DNA of 64,000 nt from Cetorhinus maximus (Eukaryota). Both the position numbers and the translations under genes were made by a program. The notes beneath the pieces were generated by a model. It did not search any database. It saw only the letters and a list, made by a program, of their open reading frames with translations, and was not told where the DNA came from. Position 1 is the first letter of the stretch. Each line of letters opens with the position of its first letter. The stretch spans positions 23,436,001 through 23,500,000 of the forward strand of contig NC_135886.1 in the NCBI RefSeq assembly GCF_964194155.1, given 5' to 3'. Positions 13,680 through 27,425 of this stretch are shown here, in pieces.

Positions 13680-15937
13680 AGAGGATGTGGGTCACGGGTG
13701 GAAGGTAGAGGGTGTTTGAGCAAGCCTGAAATGCAACGCGGACCATTGCTGCTGAAGCACTGACCACTACTTTGATGTCCAGTTCACAAATGCTGGACAA
13801 GAGGAGGGTCATCGGGTGGGTGGAGCTGCAGGTCAGCTGAACTAGACAACTGAAGGGGATCCCCAACATTTATTCCTGACAAAGGAAAGGTGTTTGAATG
13901 GAGTAGGGCTGTGAAGGGCAAGAGAATAGCCAATGTGGGAGGCTTCTTGCACATGGCTGGCAAGGGTCCTGGCAAAGATCGATGTCTCCATGTGCAGGCA
14001 TGATTCAGGGGGACATAGACCCTGCCTGGGTTGTCCCCTTGAATTTGGGTGTACGCACAGGCATTAACACTAACAGAAGCAATAAAAATTGAGGAGACCT
14101 CAGACACATGTAAAGTACAACAATACATGTGTGTGCAGCAATAATGAACAATAATATTGAACCCGTGCCACCAGAATGAGCTCATAATTTCTGAATTTTA
14201 TGTTGCCTACCACGGCGTCTAGGTGCTTCCCATCATCTGCAGCAGGGATGGAAGCTGACCACTATGCCCTCTGGAGGGAGGTTGAAGTGCCCCCTCCCGC
14301 CATCGCGTAACCACTGCAAAAGCTCACCCATGGCTACAGTGATGGAGTGCAGGTCTGCACGTATCTCCGGCAGAAACTGGGTGTTCTGTTGGACCAGGTT
14401 CTCCATGGCATTCGCCAACCCCCCCATGGAGACCTTGATATGCGCACATGTTGGTACCACTACATCAGAGGTCAGGCGATGGACTTCTGTGCCTCATGTG
14501 CCACTTTGAGGGCCTCCGAAATCTCTGCCTGATGTTTGCCCCGCCTCTTGCTGCATGTCCAGCATCTTCTCCATGACTGCTCCCAGAGGCTTGTCATCTG
14601 ACTCTGACTGAGCAGAAGCCTGTTCCCTAGCATTCCTCCGAGTGGCCTTAGTTTTCCCTGCCTCTTCCTGCTGCGGAGACATGCAGTGACCACCAGCGCG
14701 TGAGGCTCAGCCTAAACTACATCTAATATCCACCTTGGTGTGTGTCTCTAAGCTGGTGGAGGGTGCAAGTGACTGCCGTGATGGCTCTATGGGTGGGATT
14801 TTCTGTACCCGCCCGCCGCCGGGACCTTCTGGTCCCGCCGCAAGTCAATGGGCGTGTGGCTGTGGCGCCGCCTCGCCCGCGGCGGGTTCTGCCCACAACG
14901 GGGCTGGAAAATTGAGAATTTGTCGTCGTTATCGTCGTCATCCTCCTCGGTCCTTTGTGGGCTTGGACTGCTGCTGGACTCAGTTTCAGGGTCTGGCCTT
15001 GCCCTCTTCCTGCTGGCACCTGGAATGGAAAGAGGAGAGAATGGGTGACTGGGTGGGCTGCCTCCTACATTGCACTGAGCATCATCCTTAAGTTTCTGTG
15101 TACAGGGATTAAGCATGCTTCCTCACTGGATGGCTGGGGGAGGCCTGCCTCGCTCTCACCGCACGAATGGTCACGGTACCCCCCTCCCAGCTTGGCAGCC
15201 CATTCTTCGTATTCAGAAGGGGTGTTGATTGGGCATGCCCCCTCCTGTCTTCTCTCCCTCAAGCTTGTTATTTGCTAACTTGTCCTGCATAAGGAAAAAG
15301 GATGGTTAGTGAGCACTTGTGATGCAGGTGATGTTTGCATGCTGCCAATCTTCACCACCAACCCACTGGCAACTATGTGCCATATGAAAGATGCACTGCT
15401 GCTGGTCCACAAGGGTACTTCAGCAGCACCCTCCCGAGCTGTGAGTTCCAGCAGCTAGAAGGACAAGGACAACATAGGCATGGCAGCAGCAGCATCTGCA
15501 GTTGCTCTCCATGCCAACTCCCCCCGCCCTCCCAAAAATAATTTGAATCCTTGGTGTGGCTGGGTCAGCGACCCGCAATTGCCTCCCTACCTACAAACTA
15601 CATGGGCTGAAGAGGGGCTATGAGGCCCAGCACCTTGCAAAGGGCTTTTATGCGTGGGCACCACAGATGGTGGCCTTGCCACTGAGGCTATGTCCCAGCT
15701 CCCATTCAATGAGGTGAGTATGGGAAGTAGAGGATGCACTTATTCTGACCATGCAGATGAGGTCATTCATTCTTTTCCTGCACTGCAGGGCAGTCCTTCT
15801 GTGCATGGAGTTGGCACTCACCACCCTGGTGACCTCCTCCCATGCAGGGGTGGTGAGATGGGTGGCCCTCCTCCTCCTGGCTGAACCTTGGTGCTGGTGC
15901 TGGTTGGACCTAGGCCCCGGAGCGGACAATTCTGCCC
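13680..15937 (-). mobile_element. Harbinger derivative carrying only a decayed Myb/SANT gene
   Basis: TIR acaattctgccc ends at 15937. ORF 15648..15929 reads HLTTPAWEEVTRVVSANSMHRRTALQCRKRMNDL; exon 2 is at ~15065-15290 and exon 3 at ~14200-15020. The left end was not found. Confidence 0.7.
14791..14913. mobile_element. GC-rich Harbinger MITE nested in Myb exon 3
   Basis: gggtgggattttctg...ggggctggaaaatt termini and the aagtcaatgg core, related to 750-850; right end truncated. Confidence 0.7.
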
Positions 15938-16029
15938 ATACGGTCTAATCAATAATTAAAGTGCAATTTTCCCCATTAAATTGACTCTAGAAATGCCAAT
16001 TCTTTCATGTTTGATCATCAAATATGAGT

Positions 16030-16443
16030 AGGTTGGTATAGTGGCAATTGTACTAAACTAATAATCCAGAGGTTTGAAAGGATAATCTGGAGAAATTAGT
16101 TGAAATCCCACCATGTTAACTGGGGAATTTAAATTAAGTAAATAGTATCAGTAATAGTGGCCATAAAGCTACCAGATTTTCATAAAAACCCATCTGATGT
16201 GATTGACCTGCTGAGTTCACTCATGCCTTTTAAGGAAGGAAATCTAGCATCCTTGCCTATGTATGAGTCCAGACATACAGCAATGTGGTTGACTTTTAAC
16301 TAACCTCTGAAATGGCTTAGCAAGCCAAACAGTTGTATTCAAGAAAGTGGCTCACCATCACTTCCTTAAGGGCAATTAGGAATGAGTAATAAGCTTTGGC
16401 CTTATCAGTGATGTAAACATCCTGTCAATTATTTATTTTAAAA
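16030..16443 (+). mobile_element. tRNA-derived SINE (family A) with a long LINE-derived tail
   Basis: Same body as 12974. The 3' tail caagaaagtggctcaccatcacttccttaagggcaattagg matches the 3' ends of the LINEs ending at 38570 and 53270. Confidence 0.75.
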
Positions 16444-17802
16444 AGCATACAATTTTAACTGTAAAATTTTGATTTTAATAAATGTTTCACAGGGTCTATA
16501 AAGCCAAAATAGTTGAACAGGGAGCATTATACTGACAGAGAAGAGCTTTGCCCCTCAATGAGTGGTAATGGTTTTTCCAGTATCACTGCTGGTAATATTT
16601 CTAGAAAACCCCTTCCTCCTGTAGTTCACATTTTCTCAACAGTAGATTTTATGCCTGGTGACACCTACTTTGCTGAGCAGTTTCTGGTATGAAGAAATTT
16701 TCTTTGTGAAAAAGGTGCAGTGTTAGTCAAGCATTTGCAAAACTGGAGTTCCTCAGTTGAAGATCAGACTCTGGGATATGTTCATCAGCACGAAGCCCAC
16801 AAAACTCAGTCAACTTACTGGGATCAGACCAGCATTCAGTGCTTAATGTCCAGTAAGAATGACATTGACAAAAAAGGAAGCTTTGAGTAAGAATTTGATA
16901 TGCCAGCCTTTTTGTTAACTGACATGTTCCTTTCCTCATTCTTGGAGTAACTTCTTAATTCCCTATACATTCATGCTTAGGTAAGTGTGATGGTTAATGT
17001 GAAAAACAAAAATAGAAAACATTGGTCATTCAGCAGGTCAGTCAACACCTGTGGAGATAACTGCTAGATTGAAGTTTCAGGTGTGGACTAAGATGTGATT
17101 GACCTCCTGAGTGGATTCCAGGATTATCTGCTTTTGTTTCAGATTTCCAGCAGTTCTTTGCGTTTCGCAATGTTTGGTGTAGGTTGTATTGACACCACCC
17201 AGAGGCAAGATTGCCATATTCCAGAAATTAGGTTGTTAGACAAAATAGGTGAATTCCAGCGCTCTGCTGCCTAACTTTGTTCCACAAGACAAGTATTCAG
17301 TTAAATTTGCTGCTCACATACTTCATTAAGTGCCTGCTGTAGTGAAATATTGAATTTTATACAGAAATAGAGTGCCATTAATTAAAAAAAATGTCTGATG
17401 GCAGATGGATATAAATATGGTCCACTGTGAGCTCCAGTTTGAAAACCTATGAATAGATATAAAATGTAAATAGAAACACAAGGCTATTTATATATTCAAC
17501 TACAAAATAAGGTGTAATAGTGAAACAAAAATGAATGAAATTTGGGATAATGTCAAAAAGACCATTAGAAAATCCTTCAAACCAGTGTGACTCACCAAAA
17601 CTTAATGGAAATGATCATAGTTGTCGATAACAATTGAGGTTTGGCAGCAGAATGCCACTACTGTTCGTATGAACATCTTTTCCCCTTTAACAACTCCCAT
17701 TATATTAAAAGAGTAAAAATTGCTATTGATTAGAGAAAGAATAGTTTAAGTTATTCCTGTAGTGTACAGCCCAAACTAAATAAAATAATCCTTTCTCCCC
17801 AG

Positions 17803-17886
17803 GTTCAGAATGATCAGTGTCAAGCAATTGATGATGACTCAAAATGGATAAGAAGAACAGAAAGATATGAATGGGACCATCATACA
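17803..17886 (+). CDS. ELAPOR1: ELAPOR1-like exon (VQNDQCQAIDDDSKWIRRTERYEWDHHT)
   Basis: ccccag| acceptor, |gtaggt donor, 84 nt; VQNDQCQ motif. Confidence 0.9.
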
Positions 17887-18199
17887 GTAGGTGTTGAGAT
17901 CTGAAAATAGCTAAAATATTTCCAGTCCCTATTCTTAGTCCTCCCTGCGGCTTTTTAGTTTTCACAAATATTTCTTGGGTATTGAAACTCCGCTCAATGC
18001 TCTATCACAAACAAGCTGACCAGCAGCAGTGTGAGTAGTAACATTATTGAATTATGATTTGGCGGCACGTTACACTTATACATCATCTTGCTATTTATTA
18101 TATTACTCCCCTGTGACTATAGATGTTGATTGATGCTGAAAGATTTTTTGCTACAGTATAAGGGAAATATCTGTTAATATTATAAAACATTATCTCCTG

Positions 18200-18515
18200 C
18201 ACTAAAAATGTGAGAACTCTGTGTTCTCCCAATTTTGGCTCCTTGTGCATTCCCCAGCTCCTTCACCTTACCATTGGCAACCATGTCTTCAGTCATCTAA
18301 GCTTTGAATTTCTTCTTCAAGCCTTTTGGCCTTTCCGCCTCTCTCTCCCTTTATGAGATGCTGCTAAAAACCTACTTGTTTGTCCAATGTTTGACCACCT
18401 GTCCTAACATCTCCTTCTTTGGATTGGTGCCAGTTTCTGCGTGATGATGCTGCTGTTAACAACTTGGGACATTCTAAAGGCATTAACCGGTGCTATATAA
18501 TGCAAGTTGTTGTTG
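18200..18515 (+). mobile_element. L2-type LINE 3' end
   Basis: ctaaaaacctacttgttt segment and terminal gtgctatataatgcaagttgttgttg; a similar remnant lies at ~39830-40020. Confidence 0.55.
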
Positions 18516-20329
18516 CAGTACACATGAGAAAGATGCAGTATTGAACACACAATATTCACTTTTTGTACAGAAGGGACTGTTGTTAGCTCCAGAGCTCAGA
18601 CCTTTTTCTGTGAAAGTGGCCATCCATTCAAGGCATCTTGTTGAAGTGCCACAATTGCAGAATGCAAAGGGTGCCTGGAGATGAAAAAAAATGCTTATTC
18701 AGGAGAAATTGTGTCTTTAGTTACACTTAAATGTTTAATAAGGAATGTGCTTGATGCACCAGAAGATCATTATCTGAACCCCAAAAAGGCAAATAAAAAA
18801 GATCAGAAAGAGATCAAACAAAACAAGAGAATCAAATTCAAAAACCAGCAAAGCATATCTACAGGGATGAAGACAAGCACACGTTTGGAAATTTGGAGTC
18901 ATGTATAATGGTCACCTCCCTTTTTCTCTGATCCAAGTGTTGCACAGCCTCTGGATTAATTCTTACTGAAATTTACAGGCCGTATTTATATTTTCACTTC
19001 AAGAAGAATCAATATTTCTCCTCTTTCTACCTGCAAGTGTAATGTACGCTGGTTAATGGTTTGTGTTTGGAAGCAGGTCGTGCAACATTAGGAATAGATA
19101 CAGTGCCTTTGTCCACTGTTTCAAACCCTTTATTTTAAATAACCTCTTGCTTAAAATATTGGATAAGAAATTATATATGGCCATGCTAAAACATTTGTTA
19201 CTAACATTATATAGTGCACTTCCAACCTGATGGCTTCATATGCCTCACAGATAAATATGTAATAGGTATTTTCTGTTTTGGAATTACTAATTTTGCGTTC
19301 TTATAAACTTAAGTTTAGAAAAAAAAATGAAGAAATATGGAAACCAGTAGCAGCTTGCATTTATATTGCTCCCGAATTGCAATAACAATGTCCCAGGCTG
19401 CTTCACAGGGATCAAAAACGGACACTGAGGAATAGTGATAGGTGAGCATGGAGTGACAATCCGATGCTGATTGCCACTCCGAGGAAGTTACGGCCCATAG
19501 TCAAAGAGATTGGTCACCTCAAAAGCCTCATCAATATCTGAGTGCAAACAATAAGTATGGATCACAGTGCAGACAAAAGAGTGGCACATGCATCATTTAG
19601 TTTCAGTGATAAGAATGGAAAGTAGAGTTCAATTTTCTAGGAAGGTTGAAAGTGCAGGTAGCTTTGTAGCTGCTGAGGATGTCAAAAGTGGCAAAATGGC
19701 TGTAGTAAGCACTAACATTAGTGAAAGTTAGTCTGAGGAGATTGAAATAGCACAATGTGGAAGTATTTAATTAATATTCCAGAATATACGACTAAAATAG
19801 ACAAAGGTTCTGTGACCAAAGGGCCTTTGACCAATTAGCGAAAGTAGAAAGAGAGGGGATGTAAAGTAAGTTAGAAAGAGAACAGCAGAGGATGCATGCT
19901 GATTTGTATGGTTGGAGGATATCCGAGAGGGAGGGACAGGGTTATGAAGGAACTTAATTTTGAATAGATTCTGTGAACAATGGACAGCAGGTGGAACTGA
20001 CTGAAGGAACCATACAGAGTTTGAAGGCTCTCTGAAGCCATCAGGTGCTTCAAGTGGACAGCAATCTTTGACACCCAAGATCACAAACTACGTAGCAAAG
20101 TAGTTCAAAGTGCTTACAAGGCAGTAGAAAACCGTGTCAATGTACACCAGTACCACCCCCACTTAAGTAAGACCATGTAAGATTATGTATGTCACATTGT
20201 TCTATTTCAATTCTCTTTGAACTACCAGTTTACTTCATGCCCTAGCTGAACAGTTAAAGAAAACTTTTAAATGAAAGACACTTTGTGAGCAAATTTGAAG
20301 AGTAAAGTCAGTGGATATAGTGTCCACTC

Positions 20330-21460
20330 TGCACTAACTGCTGATAGCCATGATGATGGTGTGTATAGATTTTATTGGTATAGTGGTAAAGGATGTATTC
20401 AGTCCACTGCAGGCCATCACAGAGTGTGTGGAAACTCTAGGGACATCTGCAGTGGAGCCTGCACCATCAGAGGCTTTATGCTCCACCCGAATGTGATCTA
20501 GAATGTGCTTTCCTGATTTCTAGATGCTGCTAGTCTGTATTCACTGAACTGTCACAAACGGCTCTATAGCTGTAATCGCTGTTTTAAATTTGCTGTCACA
20601 CAGATCTTGGGTATAGAGGTCCAAGATCCCAGAGCAAGACATTGCTAGAGTTAAGGTGGATAAGGGTGTTGGCTATCAGGACAAAATCCACAGTGACCTT
20701 TTTTTAGCATGTCTCCTGCATTGTATAGATGTTAGTAATTGCACAGGATCAGGCGGTCCCCTCTGGTGTGGACTTAGTTTTGCGATCAGACAATCATAGA
20801 AGCATGTGTCTGAATTTCTCACCTGTGTTCTGCTGACAGGATGAACTCAAAGATGTTGTGTTTTGTTCGCTACCATATAATTACACTAGGCATGGGTGGT
20901 CCTATCACGGTAGTTCTCCTAAAATTTTCGTCATTTGCTCCCATAACTTATGAATATGGGAGATGGTAATCTCCGACATTGCCACCTTTACCCGGACATT
21001 TCTCATGGTGCTCCTGATAGGAAGATGCCTTTGAACTTTGAAGATGGAAATCCTTCTCCATCTTCTGCAGCAGCAACTCAAATGCTGCGTCCTCAGATGA
21101 GCAGTTCTGCTCCAATGCTCTCTGCTTTCTATTGTCAACCAAGCAATTTTGTATTTTGCAAAGATTTATTGCAGTTTCCCTTTAAGTGTGAGCAGCCTTA
21201 TTTTTAAGTGCTGCTGTTCTGTCAAGTTTCCCATTCCTGGAATCAGTGAGTTTCCTGCGCCTGAGTCAATCTGCATAGAAGGAATGATAATAAATTAATC
21301 CTGAGAAATTGCAGCAATCAACTCCACAGACAAAATTTACAGCACATGAGCAAATGACATATGGTGCTGCCTGCACTGAATCACCAGAACATGTACCTTC
21401 CTGTTACCATGGTTCCCATTTAACATTCTGTTTATGCAAGAGATTCAAAGATTTCTGGAC
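20330..21460 (-). mobile_element. Highly decayed Harbinger Myb/SANT-gene remnant (tentative)
   Basis: Minus strand ..SSEDAAFELLLQKMEK.. and ..KVAMSEITISHIHKLWEQMTKILGEL resemble exon 1 of the other Myb/SANT copies; boundaries approximate. Confidence 0.35.
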
Positions 21461-22846
21461 TTTACATTTTTAAAAGGAAAACTGTTGGGGGGGTAATTTT
21501 GCATAGAAACCAGGAGCACAGTTGGTAATTGTCATGCTGTGAAGGTGCGGTGCTTTTTAAATAGTGGGGGGAAATGTGCAGCAATCTCCCCCATGTTGTT
21601 GCCATTTTCCTCCCATCTGCTTCAAAAAATAAAAATGTTTCACGAAACTTTGTACATTACTTTCCATATCTCACTGGAAATGGAAGCTTAAATAAATAGA
21701 TGTCTCCACAACAGTCTGGATAAACCAGTTTAAACACAAGAGTAAGTTTCTCAGCTGCTACTCACATTGACTCTGTTCTTCATTTTGACCTTAGTACAAA
21801 ATAAGCAGGGTATTGCTATTGAACAGTCCTTTACCATAGGGTTGTTTTTAACCCTAGTTCTATTGAGATTGCTAAGTGCTCCCTGGCAAAAGCTATTAAC
21901 CTTAAATGAGTGTTAAATGGTACAAGTTGAATGGCAGTCAATATTTACTTTTATTACAATATGGCACAGTAAGTGTTTTATTGTCTTTTGGAAAAGCTGC
22001 CAATGCGGGAAATATTTAACATGATGCACATGAACTCATTCTCCATTTCTTTTATGCAAAACTTTTAAAGTCGTGAGCCAGTTTACAATTTAAGAGGCCG
22101 GGCAAGAGACTAACTTATGATCATGTTGCAAGTACTGCTTGTAAATTCATCACCAGGAGGGACATGAGAGTTGTTCAGGGTGAAGGCATTCTTGTTTTTA
22201 AATCTTTACTTACCGATCACGATTATACAGCTCAGGTTGGAAAAGGAAATGATGGACATTTTAATCATTTTGGATTAAAACTGTAAAATATTTACTTTTG
22301 CAGCATTTAGCGACTTATCTTTTTAACTGGGATTTTAAGTACATTTTGAGTCAAAAGAATAGCTGAATTATTACGCTTTTTAAAGAAGACCGAACATTTT
22401 ACAATTTTTGTTTACACACATGGGGCAGAATTTTCCGCTCATCAGGCGGGTGTGTGCCTGACCTGAACGAGTGTAAAATGACGCGCAATGACGTTGGGTG
22501 AGTGTCCCGGCCCCATCATGCAATATTTCGGTCGGTCGGCACTCATGGGAGTCGGAGCTTCACCCGCCATTAATTAAGGGGCCAGTTAAGGCCCTTGACA
22601 ACTCAACTGATGGCAATTTAACGTTGCACATGTGATTTTTCACTCGTTGCATGGCAAAACGGGCAGGCAGGCCACAAATTGCAAAACCTCATCCACGGGC
22701 AGGATAAAAAGGGTCAGCAGCATTGCCAGTGTGAGTAGTGAGAAGTTTTGGAGATAGTTTGCTGCTGGTTGCTTCTCGGCACTTGGCAGCTTCATCTCCG
22801 TTCGGGGCTTCATTCTTAGCATTTCCACGCGTCATTTCAGGACTCA

Positions 22847-24126
22847 TTGGTGAGTCCAAGGCCCCCTGAGGATTCGGACCATGTGAACCCTTCCAGGTAT
22901 CAGACAGCCTTCCCTTTCCCTGGTGGAGGCACCTCCTCTGAGGAGGAAGAGAAGGGCAGAAGGGAGAGGAGGCCACGTGTCCCAATGCAGCTTCCAGGGG
23001 AGGGACCTGTGGGAGTAGAGGTGCAGGCACAAGGGGCGCAGGGCCAGCAGGTAGCCCAAGGCAGAAGGGGCCGCAGGAGATGCCACTATCCTGCTGCCAG
23101 GGTTTACATGCGGCGATGCAGCTACCTCAATATGTCCGATGTGCAATGCCGAAGGAGGCTCCAGATCTCCAGGGAAACAGTGACCTCCATTTGTCAGATG
23201 AGCGGGCCTGAGGTCAGCTCCAACTGTGTGGGTGGACACCCCATCCAGTGGCTCTGAAGGTCACAGTGGCCCTCAACTTTTATGCCTCCGGCTCTCTCCA
23301 GGGGTCAGTGGGGGGTCTATGTGGAGTCTACCAATCGGCTGTCCACAGTTGCGTCAAGCTGGTGACAGAAGCTCTGTTCAGGTGGGTATTACCTTTCCTT
23401 CATTTCCATATGGACGAGGCCAGCCAGGCTGAGCGAGCCAGAGACTTTGCAGCGATTGCTGGGTTCCCCCGCGTCCAGGGTGCCATCGACTGCACATGTT
23501 TCCATGAAGGCACCAGCGGGTCAGCTGGGTGCCTTCATCAACAGGAAGGGATTCCACTTCATGAACGTGCAAATAGTGTGTGACCACAAGATGCAGATTC
23601 TGCAAGTCTGTGCAAGGTACCCTGGCAGCTCCCATGATGCATACATCCTCAGACACTCCCAGGTGCCGAAGCTCTTCAATGCTTCAGCCTGGCTGGATGA
23701 ATGACAAGGGGTGACAAGGGCTATCCCCTGAAAGGGTAGCTCATGGCGCCACCCAATAACAGAAGCTGAGCAGCAGTATAACAGGAGCCATGCCTCCACA
23801 ATGGCGGTGGTAGAGAGAACCGTAGGTCTTCAAAATGCGCTTCCAATGCCTGGACTGTTCAGGGATTGCACTAAAATACCCCCCCAGATCATGTGTCACT
23901 GATAGTGGTTGCATGTTGCGCTCTCCACCATTTGGTACTGGCAAATGGGGACCCACTGGAGGAAGAGGATCTTGACGCAGCTGCACAGGCCACAGGGGAT
24001 GAATCCAGTAGTGAATCAGAAGAGGAGCATGGTGAGGAGAATGCTGAGGGCATGGAGGCAGACCTCAGTAACCTCCAGGGAGACAGGGACACCAGGGACA
24101 CCTTGAACCAACGCTTCTTCAGCTAG
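22847..24126 (+). pseudogene. HARBI1-like Harbinger DDE transposase, frameshifted
   Basis: Consecutive ORF fragments: LKVTVALNFYASGS, GFPRVQGAIDCT/HV, FINRKGFHFMNVQIVCD, ARYPGSSHDAYIL, GDKGYPL, YNRSHAST..VVERTVG, LKMRFQCLD, IVVACCALHH. Several frameshifts and stops. Confidence 0.92.
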
Positions 24127-24443
24127 GCTGTCAAATAAGTGCCACCACCTCATGCCAGGGCTGCCACCACCATCCTGGATCTCAGAAATTGCCCTTTCCT
24201 TTGCCCCCAAGACACACTCAGTACCTGTGCAATAAAGTTTTGAGCCACCCACATCCAGCATTACACAATGGTGTACCCTGCACCTACAAAACAAATGAAG
24301 CATACTCAGGCCAATAACACAAAAGCAAATGTAATAATGTTGACATTCAGATTATGAACAGAACAATATCAGGTGTTGATGGTCACATGGTTAAAAAAAA
24401 AATGGGAGAGCAAAATATCACCTGTGATCAGTCCCTTTTGTGC

Positions 24444-26300
24444 TTAGGGTGTTTTAAACTTACATTTACGAGTGCTATGCCTAGGTGCTCCCCCTTCGCT
24501 GGCACCAGCATTCGAGACAGCCAGCTGACTCTGCTGTCTTGTTGGCCTTGATGACCTTGGCGGTTGTCCTCTGGCCAGTGGAGCCAGTGCTGACCCTGCC
24601 TGGGAAGGAGTGGCCAGTGCCATGGCTGGTATCTCCCCAGTCACTGCAGCCTCATCAGATGCCACGGTCACTGGCAGAGGGGCAGAGGAGCTGCTTCCAT
24701 CATCCGGAGCGCCCTGAGAGGAGCCCGCAGAGATGACAAGCAGCTTGTGCGCCAACGTGAGGTTGCTATGGACCTCCCTGCTTGCCATTGATGGATGGGC
24801 ACCTAGCTGAGATACTGGGTGCCTTATCCATCCTGAAGTCAGTGCCTGTCTGAGGACTTGCAGGCCCGAGCGCAACAGCAGGAACCCCTGATTCTGTTTC
24901 TGGAGCAGCCTCTCCATGAGAGTCGCCACTCTCTCAATGGAGGAGGCAGTACGCTCGGCCATGATGGTCAACGCAGTGCTAACACTTCGCCTGGATTCCT
25001 CCATCACGGAGACCATGGCACGCATACCCTCATGGATCTCCGCCAGCCCGCACACCCTGCTGGATATCCAGCATCTGTTGCCTAATAGACGACTCCAGAG
25101 GCTCATCATCCGCCTTCGACTGAACATCGTCTTGGTCTCCAGCAGTCCTCTGACTGCCAGCGCCCTGGGCACTTTCTGCCTCCGCCTGTACCTCAAGCGA
25201 GTGTGAAGTGCCCTCACCAGTGTGCACCAATGTACTAGCCGCTGAACTAATGCCCATCAAGGTGCTTGTACCTTCGCTGTTTCCTGCTTCAGCTGGTGTG
25301 ACACAGGTGCTTCTGGAGCCTGGTGGTCCTCTGGTGTCAGGGGTAGCTCTTGGAGGTCCTGCGCTTGGCTGCTTGGTGGTAGATCTAAGGGAGAAGAAGG
25401 ACAAATCATTAGTTTAAGTCACCGCACAGTCACTGTGCATGCCAGGTACCCTGGTGAGACACCGGAGACCTGCATCATGGTGACATCATCTTTCAAGGAT
25501 CAATGAGGAACCCAGTCTAGAGGCTCCCATCAGTGATGAGACTGCACAGGATTGTTTGCAGCATCCGAAACTCTCACCTCAGTGTACTGCACTCTCACCT
25601 TCGTCTGACACCCCAGCCTCTCTGTGGCCGGTTGACTGAGGTGCGTGGCCCCTCTCCAGCTCCAAGGTGTCCTGCTTGTATCTTGTAAGGATTGGGAGGT
25701 TTGGGGGGCCTCCGCAAATCCACAACCTCTCAATAATGTTGTGGGATGTCTTCTCCTGAAAGGACAGAGGAGCATTGATTAGTCTCCTCTCTACCTGCAG
25801 TGCCATTGCAGCCTGGCCAACCCCACCTGGGGAGCACCTTGCAGAGCACATCCGAGTCGTGGCCCTCGAGGCACAAAGCACTCAGTCCAAGCAGCCAGGG
25901 CTCACCCCTTGGTCAGCCCTGGCGTCATTGCCATTTGGCACTCAGACTCTAACACCCCTGAGCTCCGCGGAGGGGTGGCCAGCCCAAAACACTTCAACAC
26001 ACTGACCCATGCCAACAAAGTACTCACCCTTCCTGAGCGCAACAGGTCATTAAACCTCTTGGGCACTGCACCCACCTGCGCCGCACCACGTTCTGGATGC
26101 TCACCCGGGCTGCCACCTACTCCCATGCCCTCTTTGTGAGGTGCGGTGGCCTCCTCCTCCCATCTCTGAGGACAAAGTTGTCCCTTCTGGCAGCTACCTC
26201 CTCCAGGAGGGCGGTGAGGCACTCATCGGAAAAATGGGACCGCCAAGTTCCCAGCCGACCTCACCTCCCGCCTGGCGTCTACATCTTCGCTTACAGCCAT
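24444..26300 (-). pseudogene. Harbinger Myb/SANT DNA-binding partner gene; exons 26300-26028, 25755-25599, 25384-24444
   Basis: ATG at 26300. Exon 1 reads FSDECLTALLEEVAARRD..HLTKRAWE*VAARVS..RRWVQC..KRFNDLLRSGR|gtgagt. Acceptors ttcag| and cccttag| (with a ctaat branch site). Exon 3 is low-complexity/coiled-coil-like (ORFs 25030..25404 and 24444..25217). Confidence 0.85.
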
Positions 26301-27029
26301 TTTGTTGCAGCAACTCCAACGTGTGCAGCCTCCCTTGGGCTGCCCATGCATTCTTGAACCGGCTGCTGGGTTGCTGTTGGACCCGGCGGCCGACAGGCCC
26401 TCGCCCCTGCCTGCCCCTTCTCGAACGTTCTGCAGCCAGCGTTCACGCTAGGCAGGCCTTAATTGACCCGCCAGCATGAAATCGCGGTCGCAGCTTGACC
26501 GCGGGTGGCAGTCGGCTTCCTGACCACTCCCGTTCACCCCTGCCAAGCCTGTCCAATGAGGGCAAAATTCTGCCCATGGAATCCCAACACATCAGGCCAT
26601 AAGGTGCCTAACTATCTCATCCCCCTATCCATGGATGACAGTGATGATGTTGTAAGGCTGCTCTCCAACAGCCATTGCACTGTTTGCAGTTAATTTTAAC
26701 ATTGAAGAACGTGTGTCATCATCATCAGAACATTTTTGCACAAAAAAATTAGTTACTGAATGACTGACGTTGGAATCTTTTTTTTTAAAACTTTGCTCTT
26801 CTGACTAATTTCATTTTATGTTGTCTGAACAACAATAGGGAACTGGGTTTGGGTTAAGTGGCTCCAGTTGAAGGACCTCCCCGAGTTTGACGGGTCAAAC
26901 AACGACCATCTATGCTGTCATTTGTATTAGGACTTGAGCTTTAACTGTCCTGTTTCAGAACGAGCTTTGTGTATGGCAGGATATTTGCATGTGCAAAAAA
27001 AGAGAAAAAAGATATTAATCATGACCACT

Positions 27030-27425
27030 AAACATCTCAAGGTGTTTTAATGCATGTAGAGATTGTTGTAATGTAGGTAATGCAGCAGCCAATTTGTACA
27101 CAGCAAAATCCCACAAACAAGTATCTGGTAACAAAATATGTGATAACAGAACACCTGTTTTTGTGGTTGAAGGCTAAATATTGGCCAGGACACTGAGCAT
27201 AATTCCCAAACTCTTATTCAAAATGGTGCCATAAGATCTTTTATATCCACCTGAGAGGGCAGTCAGGCCTTCGGTTTAATGTCTGATCCAAAAGGCTGCT
27301 CCTCCAGCAGTGCAGCACTCCCATACTACTGCACTGGAGTGTCAGCCTTCATTTTTTTTTGTGCCTAAGTCCTGAAGTGGGACTTGAACCCAGAGGCAAG
27401 AGTGCTCCCCACTGAGCCTTGGCTG
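27030..27425 (-). mobile_element. Deu-domain SINE (SacSINE1/AmnSINE1-like, family B)
   Basis: Minus strand reads gggttcaagtcccact..ggctgacactccagtgcagta..taaaccgaaggcc..taaaagatcttatggcacca..tcctggccaatattta, the recalled Deu-domain core. Confidence 0.75.

Larger units (their letters stand above)
22423..26575 (+). mobile_element. Full-structure PIF/Harbinger transposon (4153 bp) with two convergent genes, decayed
   Basis: TIRs GGGCAGAATTTTccgctcat / atgagggcAAAATTCTGCCC; exact 3-bp ATG duplication (22420-22422, 26576-26578); transposase on +, spliced Myb/SANT gene on -. Confidence 0.95.

Noticed and set aside
19600-20100. Possible LINE ORF1 zinc-knuckle remnant (AIRCFKW)
   Set aside because: A single short motif that needs frameshifts; too weak to call without a search.
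22847-24126. Domesticated HARBI1 host gene
   Set aside because: Multiple frameshifts and stops, and bounded by TIRs and a TSD, so it is a decayed transposon copy.
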